From assembly GCF_000181795.1 (NCBI RefSeq), contig NW_003526946.1, forward strand, positions 739,351-803,350: a DNA stretch of 64,000 nt. The letters are read 5' to 3'. How positions within the stretch are numbered: position 1 is the stretch's first letter; each line of letters starts with the position of its first letter. The position numbers and the translations under genes were made by a program. The stretch is from Trichinella spiralis (taxonomy: Eukaryota). Under the pieces are notes generated by a model, which worked only from the letters and a program-made list of their open reading frames with translations, was not told where the DNA came from and ran no database searches. Shown here one piece after another: positions 13,151-26,035 of this stretch.

Positions 13151-16100
13151 ATGGAATTTAGATTGGATGATATTCCAATTCCATCTAGCTTGGCTTCTTC
13201 ACAATACGACCAAAATAATGTTTCAAATTCAAATAATGGTAAACAATCTGCGTTTGACAATTCAGATGCTTGGCGAAAAGCTCAGGAAGCTCTCCAGCGT
13301 ATAAGTACATCAAGGGCGGGGACGTCCAGTGTTCAACCACCGACTCCAACGTACAGTTGTGTACAACAAACTTATGCTTATCAGCCTAGAAATGTTTACG
13401 GCTATCCGTGGATGTGCGTAATGTATACTTTTTATGCATTTTAATTTCACTTTTAACTAACTGCAGTTAATTCAATGACTTTAACGGAAATTATTATAGT
13501 ATTATATCATCGCGTAAATTTTCTTTTTGTCACACTATTTATTTTTATGATTTTACTGTATTTGTTAATGTTTTCCTTCTTTATTGGTAACTGATAGTAA
13601 TTGGAACGTTATAGATATATGGGTAGATTTATGGTTTTTAATGTTTTAGGCGACAGCCTTATGGTTATTCTCCTCAATATGTTTATCAATCTGCAGGCAG
13701 AGGTTTGATTCGTCAGCCTGCAAATGCTGTTCCTCGGGTTAATTTACATGCAAAAACAACCACTGCTACCACCACCACCACCACTACTACTACTACTGTT
13801 GCTACTACTACAACTACTGTACCAACGTATTATCGAAATTTGTACACGTATGATAATTCGTCTAAAATTAACTTAATTGATTCAAAAGTTAATGCTGTAT
13901 GTGGTGGCAGTGATTCAGTTGCGAGTTCTGCTGTCCCGGTTTCTTCTTCAATACCTGTTTGTACTACTGCTCAGACAAGTGTAGTTCCCAATTTTAACGT
14001 AGAAGGAATGGGTATGAAGGTTTCCTTTGGGATACGAGGTGCGGTGAAGCCTGGCGCAAGACCACCAGTGCCGGCTCAGCCACAGGTTTTTTCTTCCAGT
14101 AATATTAGTCATACACCGCCGGTAAACGGAGTAGGAGTTGGTATTCAGAAAGAGCATAAACTTCCAATGAGTTTGACAATGATTGAGAAACCACAAGCGG
14201 CGTATTCTTTATCAGTGAAGCAACCGGTTAATAAATTTTTACCGAAACCCGACCAGAAATTTCAGGATAATTTTGCTGTTAAAACAGAGATGACGAACAA
14301 AACGCCTGCGCAGCCTCGTCCAGTGATCACCAAAAGTGAAGGTAATGAAGATTCCAAGATGCCTTCAGGCATAAGGTAATAGTGAAGTGTTATGTTATGT
14401 TATGTTTGGTTTTTGATTTATCACATTGGCATTTATTGTTTATTTTATTTTTAAGAGCTTACATCGAACGGGCATACTTGAAGGCGAACAGTAGTGAAGA
14501 TAAGGATAAAATTGAACAAGCTCTGAAGCGTAAAATATTACCTTTATTAGCAAATGGTCAAGCATGGAAAATTGATTGGGAAAATGAACCTTTGCCCGAG
14601 TACATAGCATTCATTACTCAGTGTAGGATTTTTTTTGCCTTTAATAAATGCAATTGTTTTCAAGGATCGACATTAATCAGCTGCCTGCTGGTGCGTGGAC
14701 GCCTGCTGCAGAATTGCGGAAAAACATTTCCGCATTAGCTTCTACGAAAGTTCCTGGTGGTGGACGCAATGTATTTAGGACGGTTAGTCGCAGCAGGTAC
14801 GCTTTTGTTTGTTTTGCAGTTTGGCTTGTTGTTGTTGTTGTTGTTCATAACTAAAAACTGTTAAGAAGTCGTTCGCGTTCGCCTGTTTCAAAAGAGGATC
14901 GTATAAAGGCGAGGAGGAAAAGTGGACGCGCTTCACCAGCATTTTATAGATCTCATTCGCCTCCATACAAGCGATCCAGGAGACGGGTCAATTCTTCGTC
15001 GGACCACTCACGAGAAGGAAAGCACCGGCGCAGAAGTCGTTCCCGGTCTTCAAGCACTGATAGCCGGGATTCTTCGCAGCTGACAAATCAACGTAAGTTT
15101 GAAAAGTCACCTCTGAGAAGAAAATCCAAAAAAGAGTGAGTGGACAATTTTTTTTTCTTCGAAACAGTAAATTGTTCTTGCATTATTTATTCCATATTAC
15201 AGTATGCTTGTGAAGGTGACCTGTTATTGTTTGTTTTTTCTTTTGAAGAAGTAAAGGTACAGTTGCTTCGGATAAAAATATGAAAGACTGGAAAAGGATA
15301 CATAAATTGGATGCTGGAAAACTGAGCGATAAGCTGCACGACGTTAAGATTTCTGCTAATTCAGCTGAAGAAGAGGAAATAAAACGTCGGCGCGCTCTTC
15401 GTTTCGCTACACATTTACAGTCTCCGGGTGCTGGTGTTTCTCGTTTGACGAAGAAATCTCAGTTTAAAAATTTGACGCATGCAAAAGCAGAGGTTGTATC
15501 ATTTAATTTTCAATTTTTATATTCTGTTTAATTTTGTAACCGCATCAGTTGAAGGATTCTGAAAATCCATCAATAGTGGTAGGCACTTCAACTACGGTGG
15601 AAAAATCATATTTACGTCTTACTTCCGTAAGTTTTTATTTAATTTTTATATTTTAACCTTTATAAATTATATGTCTTTTTTATTTGAAGGCACCAGATCC
15701 GTCTCAAGTAAGACCGGAGTCAGTTTTACGCCAAGCACTGCATTTGGTGAAGAAAAGATGGGCGAAAGATTTAAATTACCACAATGCGTGTGATCAGCTG
15801 AAATCTATACGACAAGATTTAACAGTAGCACAATGATAAATTTTATTAGTTATAACCAAATGCTTGAATTTTTTTTTAAATTTCAGGTGCAAAATATTAA
15901 AAATGAATTTAGTATTGAAGTGTATGAAACTCATGCAAGAATAGCACTGGAGAAGGTAAATTGTCATAAAATTGACTTTTAGTTGACGTGTTTTTGATGA
16001 AATTTTTTAGGGTGACAAAGAAGAGTTTAATCAGTGTCAAAGTCAGTTGAAGGAGTTATACTTGCAAAATTCTGGATCTCCAAATGAATTAGAATTTTTA

Positions 16101-16656
16101 GCATATCGAATGTTGTTTTTTATTTTTACTGAAAGCAAATTTGGTATGTTGTTTTTTTGTTTTATTATTATTAGTATTATTGTTGTTGTTGTTGTTGTTG
16201 TTTTATTTATTGTTATATTCTATTTCAGAGGTTTCAAGGGTATATTCAAGCCTTACGAAAAGACAAAAATTGGACGAGTGCGTTCAATTTGCGTGTAAAT
16301 TTTTTGAAGCTTGGTTAGACGAAAATTATCATGCTTTATTTAAATTATATTTATCAAATCCACCAAAAATGTGTTCGTATGTAGTCGAATTTGTTGTGGC
16401 ACGCGAACGCAAGTTGGCCTTGAAGAAAATGTTAAAAGCGTAAGACTTTGTCATCATTGTCAGTCGACATTGTTTCATTGTCAATTTTCATGCTTTTGCT
16501 TTGTTTAGCTTCAGACCGTATCTTCAGATTTGTCATTTGACATCAGTGCTTGGATTTTCTTCAGAAGAAAGTTGTATTGCATTTTTAAAAAAGTTGAAAT
16601 TGCCCGTCGAAAATTCAACTGTCAACTGTCGGCACTGTGCTAATCTTCTCTTTTGA
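13151..16656 (+). CDS. LENG8: LENG8/Thp3-like SAC3/GANP-domain protein, multi-exon
   Basis: N-terminal AWRKAQEAL, then IDWENEPLP, an RS-rich region and the SAC3/GANP core [65 protein letters not shown]; stop 16654-16656. Confidence 0.92.
13755..13819 (+). repeat. Coding (ACC/ACT)n trinucleotide tract encoding poly-Thr
   Basis: ACC/ACT/ACA codon run giving [21 protein letters not shown] in a LENG8 exon. Confidence 0.85.
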
Positions 16657-17421
16657 AAAGTTGAAGTTACGAAAAAAAAAACGGAGTTTTTCTTTCAATA
16701 GCCAACAGTAGTAATGTTGAAGTTATTTCTTTTTTGTTTATTTGTGAAGCAGACGAAGAAGAAGGTAAGTGCAGCAAGCAAGAGGCAAGCTGAATGCAGT
16801 TTTTCCATTTCGAAAATTGTTGTTAAATGGCTTTATTTTGCAGTTTGATGTGTCTGTAAAATTTTATTGATTGATTATTTTATTTTTATTTTTTCTGCTT
16901 TGTTTACTTATGTTTATGTGTGTAGATATATATATATATTTATTAATTTTCTTAAAAATTAAACGTAATTTTTTAAAATATTATTAGTGTTTTGCGTGTA
17001 TATCAGATGCATTATAAATTGCGCAGCTGGCATAGCTAGGGAGGGAGAAAAGCGTGAATTTTGAAACCGTGGATAATGAACGACCATGGATCATATATTA
17101 GTTTGCCCATTGGAAAATGTCTAGTATTTGTCATTCATTGACGTTTTGATGGAGAAATATGAAGCTTTTATTTTGGTTTTGCATTTTATTTTATTTGACA
17201 AACAAAATATTTGATTGCGTACGTACTGCTAAGCAGTTTTGTACCATTTGTGTTTTAGATGAAAATTTTTTAGGCCCTTTCATCATCATCATCATCATTG
17301 ATTGCTCATCATTTGCTCGACGTGTTCACCAATTTGCAGGATTTTTTTTACATTGATTTTATTAGGTAAGCAACAATTTTTAGTAAATTGTGTGTTTAAA
17401 AATCACGTAGTATGTAAAGAA

Positions 17422-17502
17422 AAAACATGATGAAACAGACTAGAGTCTTTGAGCGTTCAATAGTATGCGTTGATTAATAATTTAAGTGAATTTCTGACAA
17501 TT
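17422..17502 (+). ncRNA. Box C/D snoRNA, snR78/SNORD52-like, predicted to guide 2'-O-methylation of a large-subunit rRNA uridine
   Basis: Box C ATGATGA 17427-17433; 12-nt guide CAGACTAGAGTC 17436-17447, antisense to the conserved 28S sequence GACTCTAGTCTG; D' TTGA 17449-17452; small GCGT/ATGC stem; C' TGATTA 17471-17476; D CTGA 17494-17497. It lies inside a GT-AG intron-like segment. Confidence 0.8.
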
Positions 17503-17955
17503 ACCTACGATATTATTTACTCGAATTGATGCTCATATTACTGTAAGTAAAAAAGATGTTTGTTTTGTACAGGTAACGTGTCTTAGCATTGGCCGTTCTA
17601 TATATTTTTTTGCCATTATCATTGACGTTTCTGCGGTGCTGACGTATTATTGATTGGAGCAGAATGAATGGATGTCAATAGTGTTTTGCTTGTTTACGAA
17701 TATGTATGTTCGTGCTTTTGTCAACAGTTTTTTTTAAATTATGGTTTCGAATTTAGGTTTTGTTGAAATAAATAACTATACATGACAAGATAGATGTTTT
17801 GCCTTATTTTACTGATGATGAATGATTGTTCGATGTTTCTGAAGCAGATTAATAAATGATTTACACGCACGTCTTGTACGATGTATAAAAATGGAAAAGA
17901 TTATTGTTATTCAAAAACAAAAAAAAGTAATAAAAGAATACGACATTTGTATTGC

Positions 17956-19026
17956 CTATCGTCGAAAAGTGATTGTAGCAGGTGGATGGTACTTTTTCAG
18001 AAGAGATTTAGACGTTGATGGTGTGCCCACAATCGGTGAGTAAAGGAAAAGCCGTTGCAAGCGAAACTTCTTTTGAATAACGCGATCAAAAAATCGGTGT
18101 ATCTGATTTTCGGGTGTTGATCTAGGCATGATGCGCAACCGACAGTTCAAGAATACAATTTCAGATTCGCTGTCAAAGTAAAAGTTGAAATTTGCAGCAA
18201 CAGACCGTTTACAAATTTGATTTTGAGGCACATCCTCTTTCCGATCAAAATTCGTGCCAATCACAAGCAGCGGCTTCTCCTCTGTGACGTACTCTTCACG
18301 GTCAAACAACATCGGCTGTTTGGAGACTTTTTCACATTTCGTCAACACCTCGACTATCCAATTCACTGCCCTTTCGGAAGATTTACCGTCAACCAAACTG
18401 TAAACGAAAATAATGCCATCAACATTCTGAAAATGAAAAAAAAGAATATTTTTTCAGTACACAAAACATTCCCTTGCAAACATTTGAATTCTGAATTTAT
18501 ATTCTGAAATTTAATTTTAAAAATTCTGGATCTGACAGAAAATGCTAATTAATTATCAACAATACACAAACACAGATGCACTGCTGAAAAAGAGCATTTA
18601 ATTTACACAGTAAAACATCTTTCGAATATCTTCATAACACGAAGCGCCAGAAATATCCCAAAGTTCAATAAAGAACAACTGCTTCTCAATACTGGGAGCA
18701 TATTGATACAATGTCACATCTACACTGCAACCCAGAGTTGCAGGTGGCTCGGCAGTTGGACAACCTGCAACATGAAAACGAAGTAAGTACTTCTTCATAA
18801 TTTGCAATTATCATTTTTACAAGAAACAAAACTGACAATATAACAATATTTTTTCCACAGAGTAAAGAAAAGTCGATTAAATAATTTTAAAATATTCTCA
18901 ATAAATCACACAATAAATAAAAAATATTTTCAAATAGATTTAAGCTGCTTCACCCAATAATGCACGCACGAAACTTGTTTTCCCACAGCCGGATTCGCCA
19001 ACCACAATAATTTTGACCGATTCCAT
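17956..19026 (-). CDS. RABL3: Rab-like protein 3 small GTPase, 3 exons
   Basis: P-loop GESGCGKT, the RABL3-like TLGCSVDV...FIELWDISG, then NVDGIIFV and LLVIGTNFD; ATG 19024-19026. Confidence 0.88.
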
Positions 19027-19690
19027 TCTAGAATTGCTTCACACTTAAATGTGCACGCTTCGAAATTGTCCTTTTTCAAATTAATGCTTCACGCACACTT
19101 GTAGAAGCGCCTCTTACGATACCAAAACAGTAAGATTAAATATAATCAAGAATGAACTCGACTGTAATTAATTTCTCTCTAAAAGTATTAATTTGAAATT
19201 AATACGTATTGCACATTTCAATAATTATAAATTTGAAAAGTCCATATTTTTTTTATTGTTCAGTAATAATGTTTTTGTAAAAATATGATGATTTTTAAAG
19301 TTTTGTAATATTAATCAGGATTGTAATTTTGCATTATATTTATAATATATGTTTTGATAAATTAATTATAGATGTTTTTATAACTATGAATGTAATTTTG
19401 ATATATGAATGAATGCTATTGTTCTATAGCACATTGCAGTAAAAAAAGAAAACATGTAATGTGCGAATTGAGTAAAAATGGTACAAATTGAAGCATGAAA
19501 AGATAATAAAACAAGCAGTAATCGAAGCAGCGTAATATTAATGAATCTAAAATGTTGAAAATCGATTTCTGTTGCTAAAGCAACCATTTTTATTGCTCAT
19601 TAGGTCGAAAAAAATTTTTAGTTTCCAAATTTATTTTATAGGAACATATATTTTCTGCATAGTTACATAACAAAGTGGATACATTAGATT

Positions 19691-21090
19691 TTAACTTACA
19701 TACCATAATTCTTTCATAAATGCTTTGATTTGTGAATTCAAAAAGCAGTAAATAATTATATAAAATGATGAACATAGACTGTCGATTAAAAGCAATACAT
19801 AGATTACATCGTGAGAAAGACTAATCGTTGGAATATAAATGAATACAAATTTCGGATGAAACAAAATGTCCGTTATAGCAAAAATAATAATTCGATATAT
19901 GGCATGAATTCTTTCTTTGTACTGAATTCTTTCTTCTATTTGCACTGCTTTTCGATGCATGTTGCTGTATAGAATTATGAAAACAATAACTACAATATCT
20001 ACACTGTAAAATACAGAATTGAAGTATCTTCTCAAGATTCGATAAGATTGCGGAAATAATTCAGGATGAGGACAAATCTGCATCATTTTATCGTCTCCTT
20101 TGGTTAGAACTATATAAATTAATATTCCTGTAGTTGTTAAAGTGCAAAAAATATACAAAGAAACAATAATCCATTTCATAAAATGTTGCAATTGCAACAA
20201 TGTTTGTTTAAACAGCATAACAAGGCAAGAGAATGTTAGGACTGTTGTTATGCAAGCTTTGCTAAAGTGATTGAAACCTACAAGAGGTAATTCAAAATTA
20301 GTTGAGAGGCATTCAGTAACGGGAACAAGTGGAATGTAAACCCAATTGTTCATAACTTTGTAGCGAAGCCCTCGAATTGTAAAGCGTATTGCATCCAAAA
20401 TCTGATTTACTAAATAGCCTAAAGAAAATTATTTGTTTTGAACTGGACGTAAAATTTCACTGAATTTTCCTAAAAATAATTAAACATGTACGCTTTCAAA
20501 TCAAATTACTCTGATAATAAAATATTTTTAAGGAATGTTATTATGCAAATGTTTTGCATTTTGCTACTCAATCAAATTACGTCATGCACAATATTTCTAC
20601 ATTTAATATTATTTCTGTTTCTTTGAAACTGTATTTTTTTGTTATTATTCAATCTGATTTTTAAAATATTATATTATCAAAATATGCACAATTCTCAATG
20701 AATTTATCAGTGAATGTCTTTACATTATATGTCACTTTGTTGAACAGTCTAACATTTCGTTGATTTTTTAAATAAACATTTGAAATGCTACATTTAAATA
20801 TGACATAATGATTCGCTTTTGATAGCATGAAAGCTCTGATTAAAAGAAATTGTTTCAATTCAGTTAAAGATAAATTAAAGTTAAGGTTTCTGAATTAAAG
20901 ACGTACCGAAAATCATACTCTGCTCATAGTCAAAGTTTCGTTTAGCACAGAGAAGGCAAAATACAAAACCATGACAAATAAGTGATATAATACCAATTAA
21001 TACAAATACTGTACTGAGAACAGGATGCATATCCAATGGCTTTAGATCATCTAACAAAAATGAGCCTGGATATACAGTCATATTTGTCAT
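19691..21090 (-). CDS. Multi-pass 7TM GPCR-like membrane protein, copy 1 (exons 20907-21090 and 19691-20418)
   Basis: Several hydrophobic segments, a Cys-containing extracellular loop, and a TM7/helix-8-like end IYCFLNSQIK; phase-1 intron after TM1. Confidence 0.6.
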
Positions 21091-24000
21091 CTTAAACACA
21101 AATTATTTGAAATAAAATTTAAAAAAGTATTAAGGGCATAAATAAAAACAAGATACTATAAAATTATCTGGAAGTTACCATTCAGTTAACGAACCAAAAG
21201 AACTTTATAGCTATAAATCATCTAGGGATATTTCTTTCTTCGTCGACTGAATTATCCGTGCTTTAATAAAGCAAAGTAAATGACAATCTTCAATGCATAC
21301 CTCACCTCATTAATTCAAGCCATTTCACCATTTAATTTATTATTTTATTTGTTAACTTTGCACATGGATTAGTTAAAAGTGTTCAAACTTTTTTTTGTTT
21401 TTTGTTCATATTATTCTTTTTATTTTTTGCTTTATAATATTCTTATTTGTTGCTTTTTTATAATATTCTTGTTTTTCATAGTTTTAGCAGAAAAATACTT
21501 TTTAGCTGAGCAGCGTAAATAAGAATTCCAAGAGGAATACATTAACAAACCTGCAGCCATAAATTATTGAAAATATTAAAATCTTGTTATCTTGTTGTTA
21601 GTCATATCAACTAAAATCTTTTGAATTCAAATGAAGTCTTGAATCATTGAAATATGGGGAAAATTAAAATTTGGAATAACGCATGCAATTCCGCCAGCAA
21701 GTTTGTTGCTTATTATTGCTTCATCTAGTCTATTACCATGTTGGTGTATGATGCTCGTCTCTACACGGCTAATATTTTCCAAACTTATGCAGTAAGAATA
21801 TTGTTTTGTGCCTTAAAAGTAACTTTTATCCTTTTATTTTTATGATTATTTTCATTTAATATTTCATTTATGCATTAAAAGTTAATAATATTTAATTATA
21901 TCAATTTATTTTTCTTGCATATATTTAATTTTACGTCAATAAGATAGTTTTTCACTTTCGGCAATTATTATTTCAGAAATTCTGTTCTCTACGTTTAGGT
22001 TTCCTGCTGATTTTAATATAAATTTTTAAATAGAGGCTATTCACGTTGTCTTTTATTTTATTACTCAACAACAAAGCAATGTTGATTTGTATATGCAATT
22101 TTTTAAGATTGGCCGTTTTAAATACAAAAGCTTTAAAAACGGTATCATAAATGCTAACGCTTCAAAAATTCTTAATTGTACAGGAGTGGAATTATTATTA
22201 CTTTTCTACTTAAGCAATTTTATTTTATTTTATAAAAGAGGAAATTGCTAGGCAGTCTCTGATATTTATATAAAGGAGGAAGAACAAAAAGATTTGCCAG
22301 ACTTCTTTACTCTCTCTTCTTGAACAAGAAAACAATACAGCAAGCTAAAATAAAAAGTGTCGCAGCTTTTGAGAACTGCTAAAAATAAAAAAAAGAAACT
22401 GAAATGGGAAACTTGAATTGCTGCTATGCGCATCAGGAACGGCAGCCATTTTTCAAAAGGATTCAGGACAAATGGATTCACCATAATGTTTAAGAAAAAT
22501 CCATTTACTTTTGAAACTCTACAATATTCAGCCATTACAAATGATCAAGATTCTTTTTCATCAGCTTGGTGCTTAGTCGAGCGTTTGCCAGGCTAATCAA
22601 AATGCCAACAGTGGTAATGTTACTTTATCTAAAATCCATACACAGGACCCAATAATGCGAGATATACTAGCTGCATAGAATCGAAAGCAAACTCGCTTCT
22701 AATATCACAAATAGACATGTAGAACCCGAACGAAGTCCATGTAATAACTTCTTCAGATGGTGTTTTTGACGTGCTTTTATACGGTCGTGACGTGTTCAGA
22801 GGCCACATGAGCCATAAGGCTACCGTTATCTAGTTAGCGGCGCTTTCATGCTTGGCACTGTTCACATGCTGTCCAAATGCGGTTTGATTGACAGTAGCTC
22901 ATGTGTTACATGCACCTCCCCTTGCCGTGCATCTTCTAACTTGGAGTAGTTCAGTTTGGGTTACCCTCGTAAAACGAACCCCAAGTTTGTCAAGTGTTGC
23001 ATCACTAAAATATGCTGATCCAGATAAGCGCACTTGCTTTTCATCTCTCAGAAAAACAGTCGGTATTTTGATGAGATCAAGTTAGCAATTAATAGCAATG
23101 ATAATCTTCTGGTCCTGACTGATCATTTATATAACCAAATAAGTGTAATCGAGCGAGGTGCCGGCGTTACACATTCATAAATTGCAAATAATTGGAATTG
23201 AATCAAAAATTCACGTAAAAGTACAATTATTAAAAGTTAAGAAATGATTCTTTATAAAAATGTATATAATTACCTTTTTTATTAATAACAACAAAAACAA
23301 GTATGGTGATTATCTATTTATGCTGATCATCAGCATGTTCTCTTCTAATGAATAAACTTTAAGATTCGTTCATTGTTACATTCTAATCATGTAATTATAT
23401 CTTTGTTGTAAAATGAATTATTCATAATCTAAAATTAATAATAAAATGAAAATTAGAGAGATTGTTTTAGATTTCAATATAATTGACATTATTGTTAGTG
23501 TTATTAGAAATAATATGAAGTTGCTGAGGTTGAAATTAAGATTAAAAATCAGCAATCAATTTAAAAATAACGTTCACTAATCAATAATTAAATTGAAACA
23601 GCTAGCATAAAAGAAACTATAAATGAGTAAAAATCTGCTTTTGAAGTTCTGAAAAATGCAAAAAAAAAACAACGCTGCCAGTTAGTTAGAAGAAGGTTGA
23701 AAAGAAGATCAGTTTACTTTCATATCGTCCGTGTGTATGATAAATCGTAGTATTTATTGTTATTATGCGGAATTAATTGAATATTTTAATTTTCAGCCTT
23801 TATATTGAAATACATTTTCAGTAGTATTTTTATTAATTTAATATAATAATTGTATTTGATTTACTTTAAAATTTATTTTGTCATTATGCTTGAGAAATTC
23901 ATGTTGCTGAGCTTATTATTTTCTTACTTTCAATTTTTACATTTTTCATTAAAAACTGTCTGTAGAATCGAATGAAATAGAACCGTATGATGTTTTTTTT

Positions 24001-24197
24001 ATTAAAAATATTTTAATGAAGTAAAGCTTTTAATAATCAAAAGCATTTTCATTTTCTTCTTCGTTTTTATTTTATTTTATCAAATTCGATTTGATTTCAA
24101 TTAGACTAGACGATTTGTACTTACTTTATTTATTTAAAGTTAATTTTTGAAATTCAATTCGCCATAAATTGGAATAAAGAATGTTTCTTTTATATCT

Positions 24198-25257
24198 TTA
24201 AAATTTTTTAAAGAAGTGCTTGATACATGGATTTATGAAACAGTAAATGACGGAATAAATGGAAGCTAAAATATTGCTAGACCAGTAGAGGATGTTTGGA
24301 ACTGTCAAATTGGTACTCTCTTTGAGCATGAATGAGAAAAATGTTTTCGGATAAATTCGCAGAGAAGCTTCAATTACAATGAAAACTGCCAGTCGACAGA
24401 CGATTGCTATTCTTTCCTTGGATTCGGATAGTTTTTCTTTCGAATCAGAAAACCGTTTTTGAAATTGATGCTTCAAAATTATGAAAATAATAAAGAACAC
24501 ATCTAAATTGTACAGCACAAAATTGAACACAAACGCCAAGCGTCGGTAATTTCTGGGCAAAACTTGCTCATAATAGCAAAACTGAGGAATTTTACCACCA
24601 CCACCACTTCCATTCATCCAAACGTACAAACAAATTACAGTTGCATAAAGCACGCTCAGGATGGTCAATATTAAAATTAAAATTTGAAAAAAATTCCATT
24701 TTTCCAATTTTTGATGAACTCTCGGCATCAAGAAGAGCAGAATGCAGTTGACTGTGATAAGAGTCATTGTGCAAACGCGAGCCAAATGGTAAAACAAGCG
24801 CAAATAAATTTCGAAGTTTGTCATCAAACATTCCCCTATAAATACCAACGGTACGTAGGACCACTTGCTGATTGTATTGCATCGAACACCACGAATCAAA
24901 AACTGCACACCGTCGATCATTTGTATAGTTACTGAAACTGAATAAAGCAAAAAGCATAATTTTCATTAAAGAAAAGTAAATTAAACTCAAAACAAAATTT
25001 AAATAATACAATGACAGATATTTCATTTTATTATATATATATATTTATTTATTTACTTATACCTAAGGAATGAAACGTCTAAGGAACCTAAATTATTAAA
25101 GTTACATACCGAAAACCAAACTAATTTCAGAATTGAACTTCTTCATCACAAGCAACATGGAAAATGGAATTGTGTTGATAACGACCACAAGTATGCCGAT
25201 TGTGAAATTCACTGAGCACAGCGAAGCAATTTCAGTATCAGATTTCTTGTCATTCAT
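24198..25257 (-). CDS. Multi-pass 7TM GPCR-like membrane protein, copy 2 (exon 1 25110-25257, exon 2 from ~24937 to 24198)
   Basis: Paralog of 19691-21090: shared DxxxFxIRGxR, WxYxPLVxxxECLxTNFE and IYCFxNxxIK motifs, with the same intron position and phase. Confidence 0.6.
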
Positions 25258-26035
25258 CACTTCACATGAACATTGATTAAGAAATAAGTTTTGATTTTCA
25301 CTACTTTAACAGTAGAAATTAAATCCTCGGATGAAGCTTCGTTCACATTAATCAGGGTAAATAAATAAATATTCAAGCAGCTGTCTTCATTTTCACCGAA
25401 GACCACCAGCTACAGTTAAATCTCACCATTGAATGAATGAATGGTTAATTCAATAACAGCTTGAAAATAAATCTTTTCGCTGAAATTCACAATAATTGAT
25501 TAAACTTTCTCTTTTTTCATTTTAATCCTTATATAATAATAATAATAATAATAATTTTCAATTTGATAAATTTCTTTTCACAAATTACATCATGTGTTCT
25601 TCAACTTTTGAAACATCTTCTTCCTTCACATTCAATTAGCACTGGCTAAATTAATAAAAAAATAAATACTGTTCTAATCAATGTATAGTACAACAATTTT
25701 CTTTTATTATTAAAATAAACTTAATTTAAACTGAATCTCTTCACTTCACTCGATATCTGTACTGTTTATTTTGCCTTTTTTTAAAATGTTTCTCACCAAC
25801 TGAAATACATGAAATGCAATAAACAAAATATGTACAAATGAAATTAACGATTGTTTATAATTGCTTTATGCAAAAAATTTCAACGGCAAACACTGCCAAC
25901 CATCGCTATTTCTGCAATACAAATACAAGAAATCAGTAAACAAACAAACACAATTAAAAGTTAGTAGTGGAAAAATAAAAGCAGAAAAAAACAAATAATA
26001 AATAAAGGAATACTTTAACGAGCAGAGCAAAGGAT

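Noticed and set aside
17050..17070. AATTTTGAAAC resembling an Sm site of an SL RNA
   Set aside because: No upstream leader with a donor site or flanking hairpins; the motif is common in AT-rich DNA.
17068..17145. Possible additional C/D snoRNA (ATAATGA ... TTGA)
   Set aside because: Both boxes are degenerate and I could not identify an rRNA or snRNA complement.
17781..17845. CTGA-TGATGA...CTGA cluster resembling the 3' half of a C/D snoRNA
   Set aside because: No good upstream box C, and the putative guide GATTGTTCGAT has a mismatch to the 28S ATCGAACCATC; worth a snoscan run but not supportable here.
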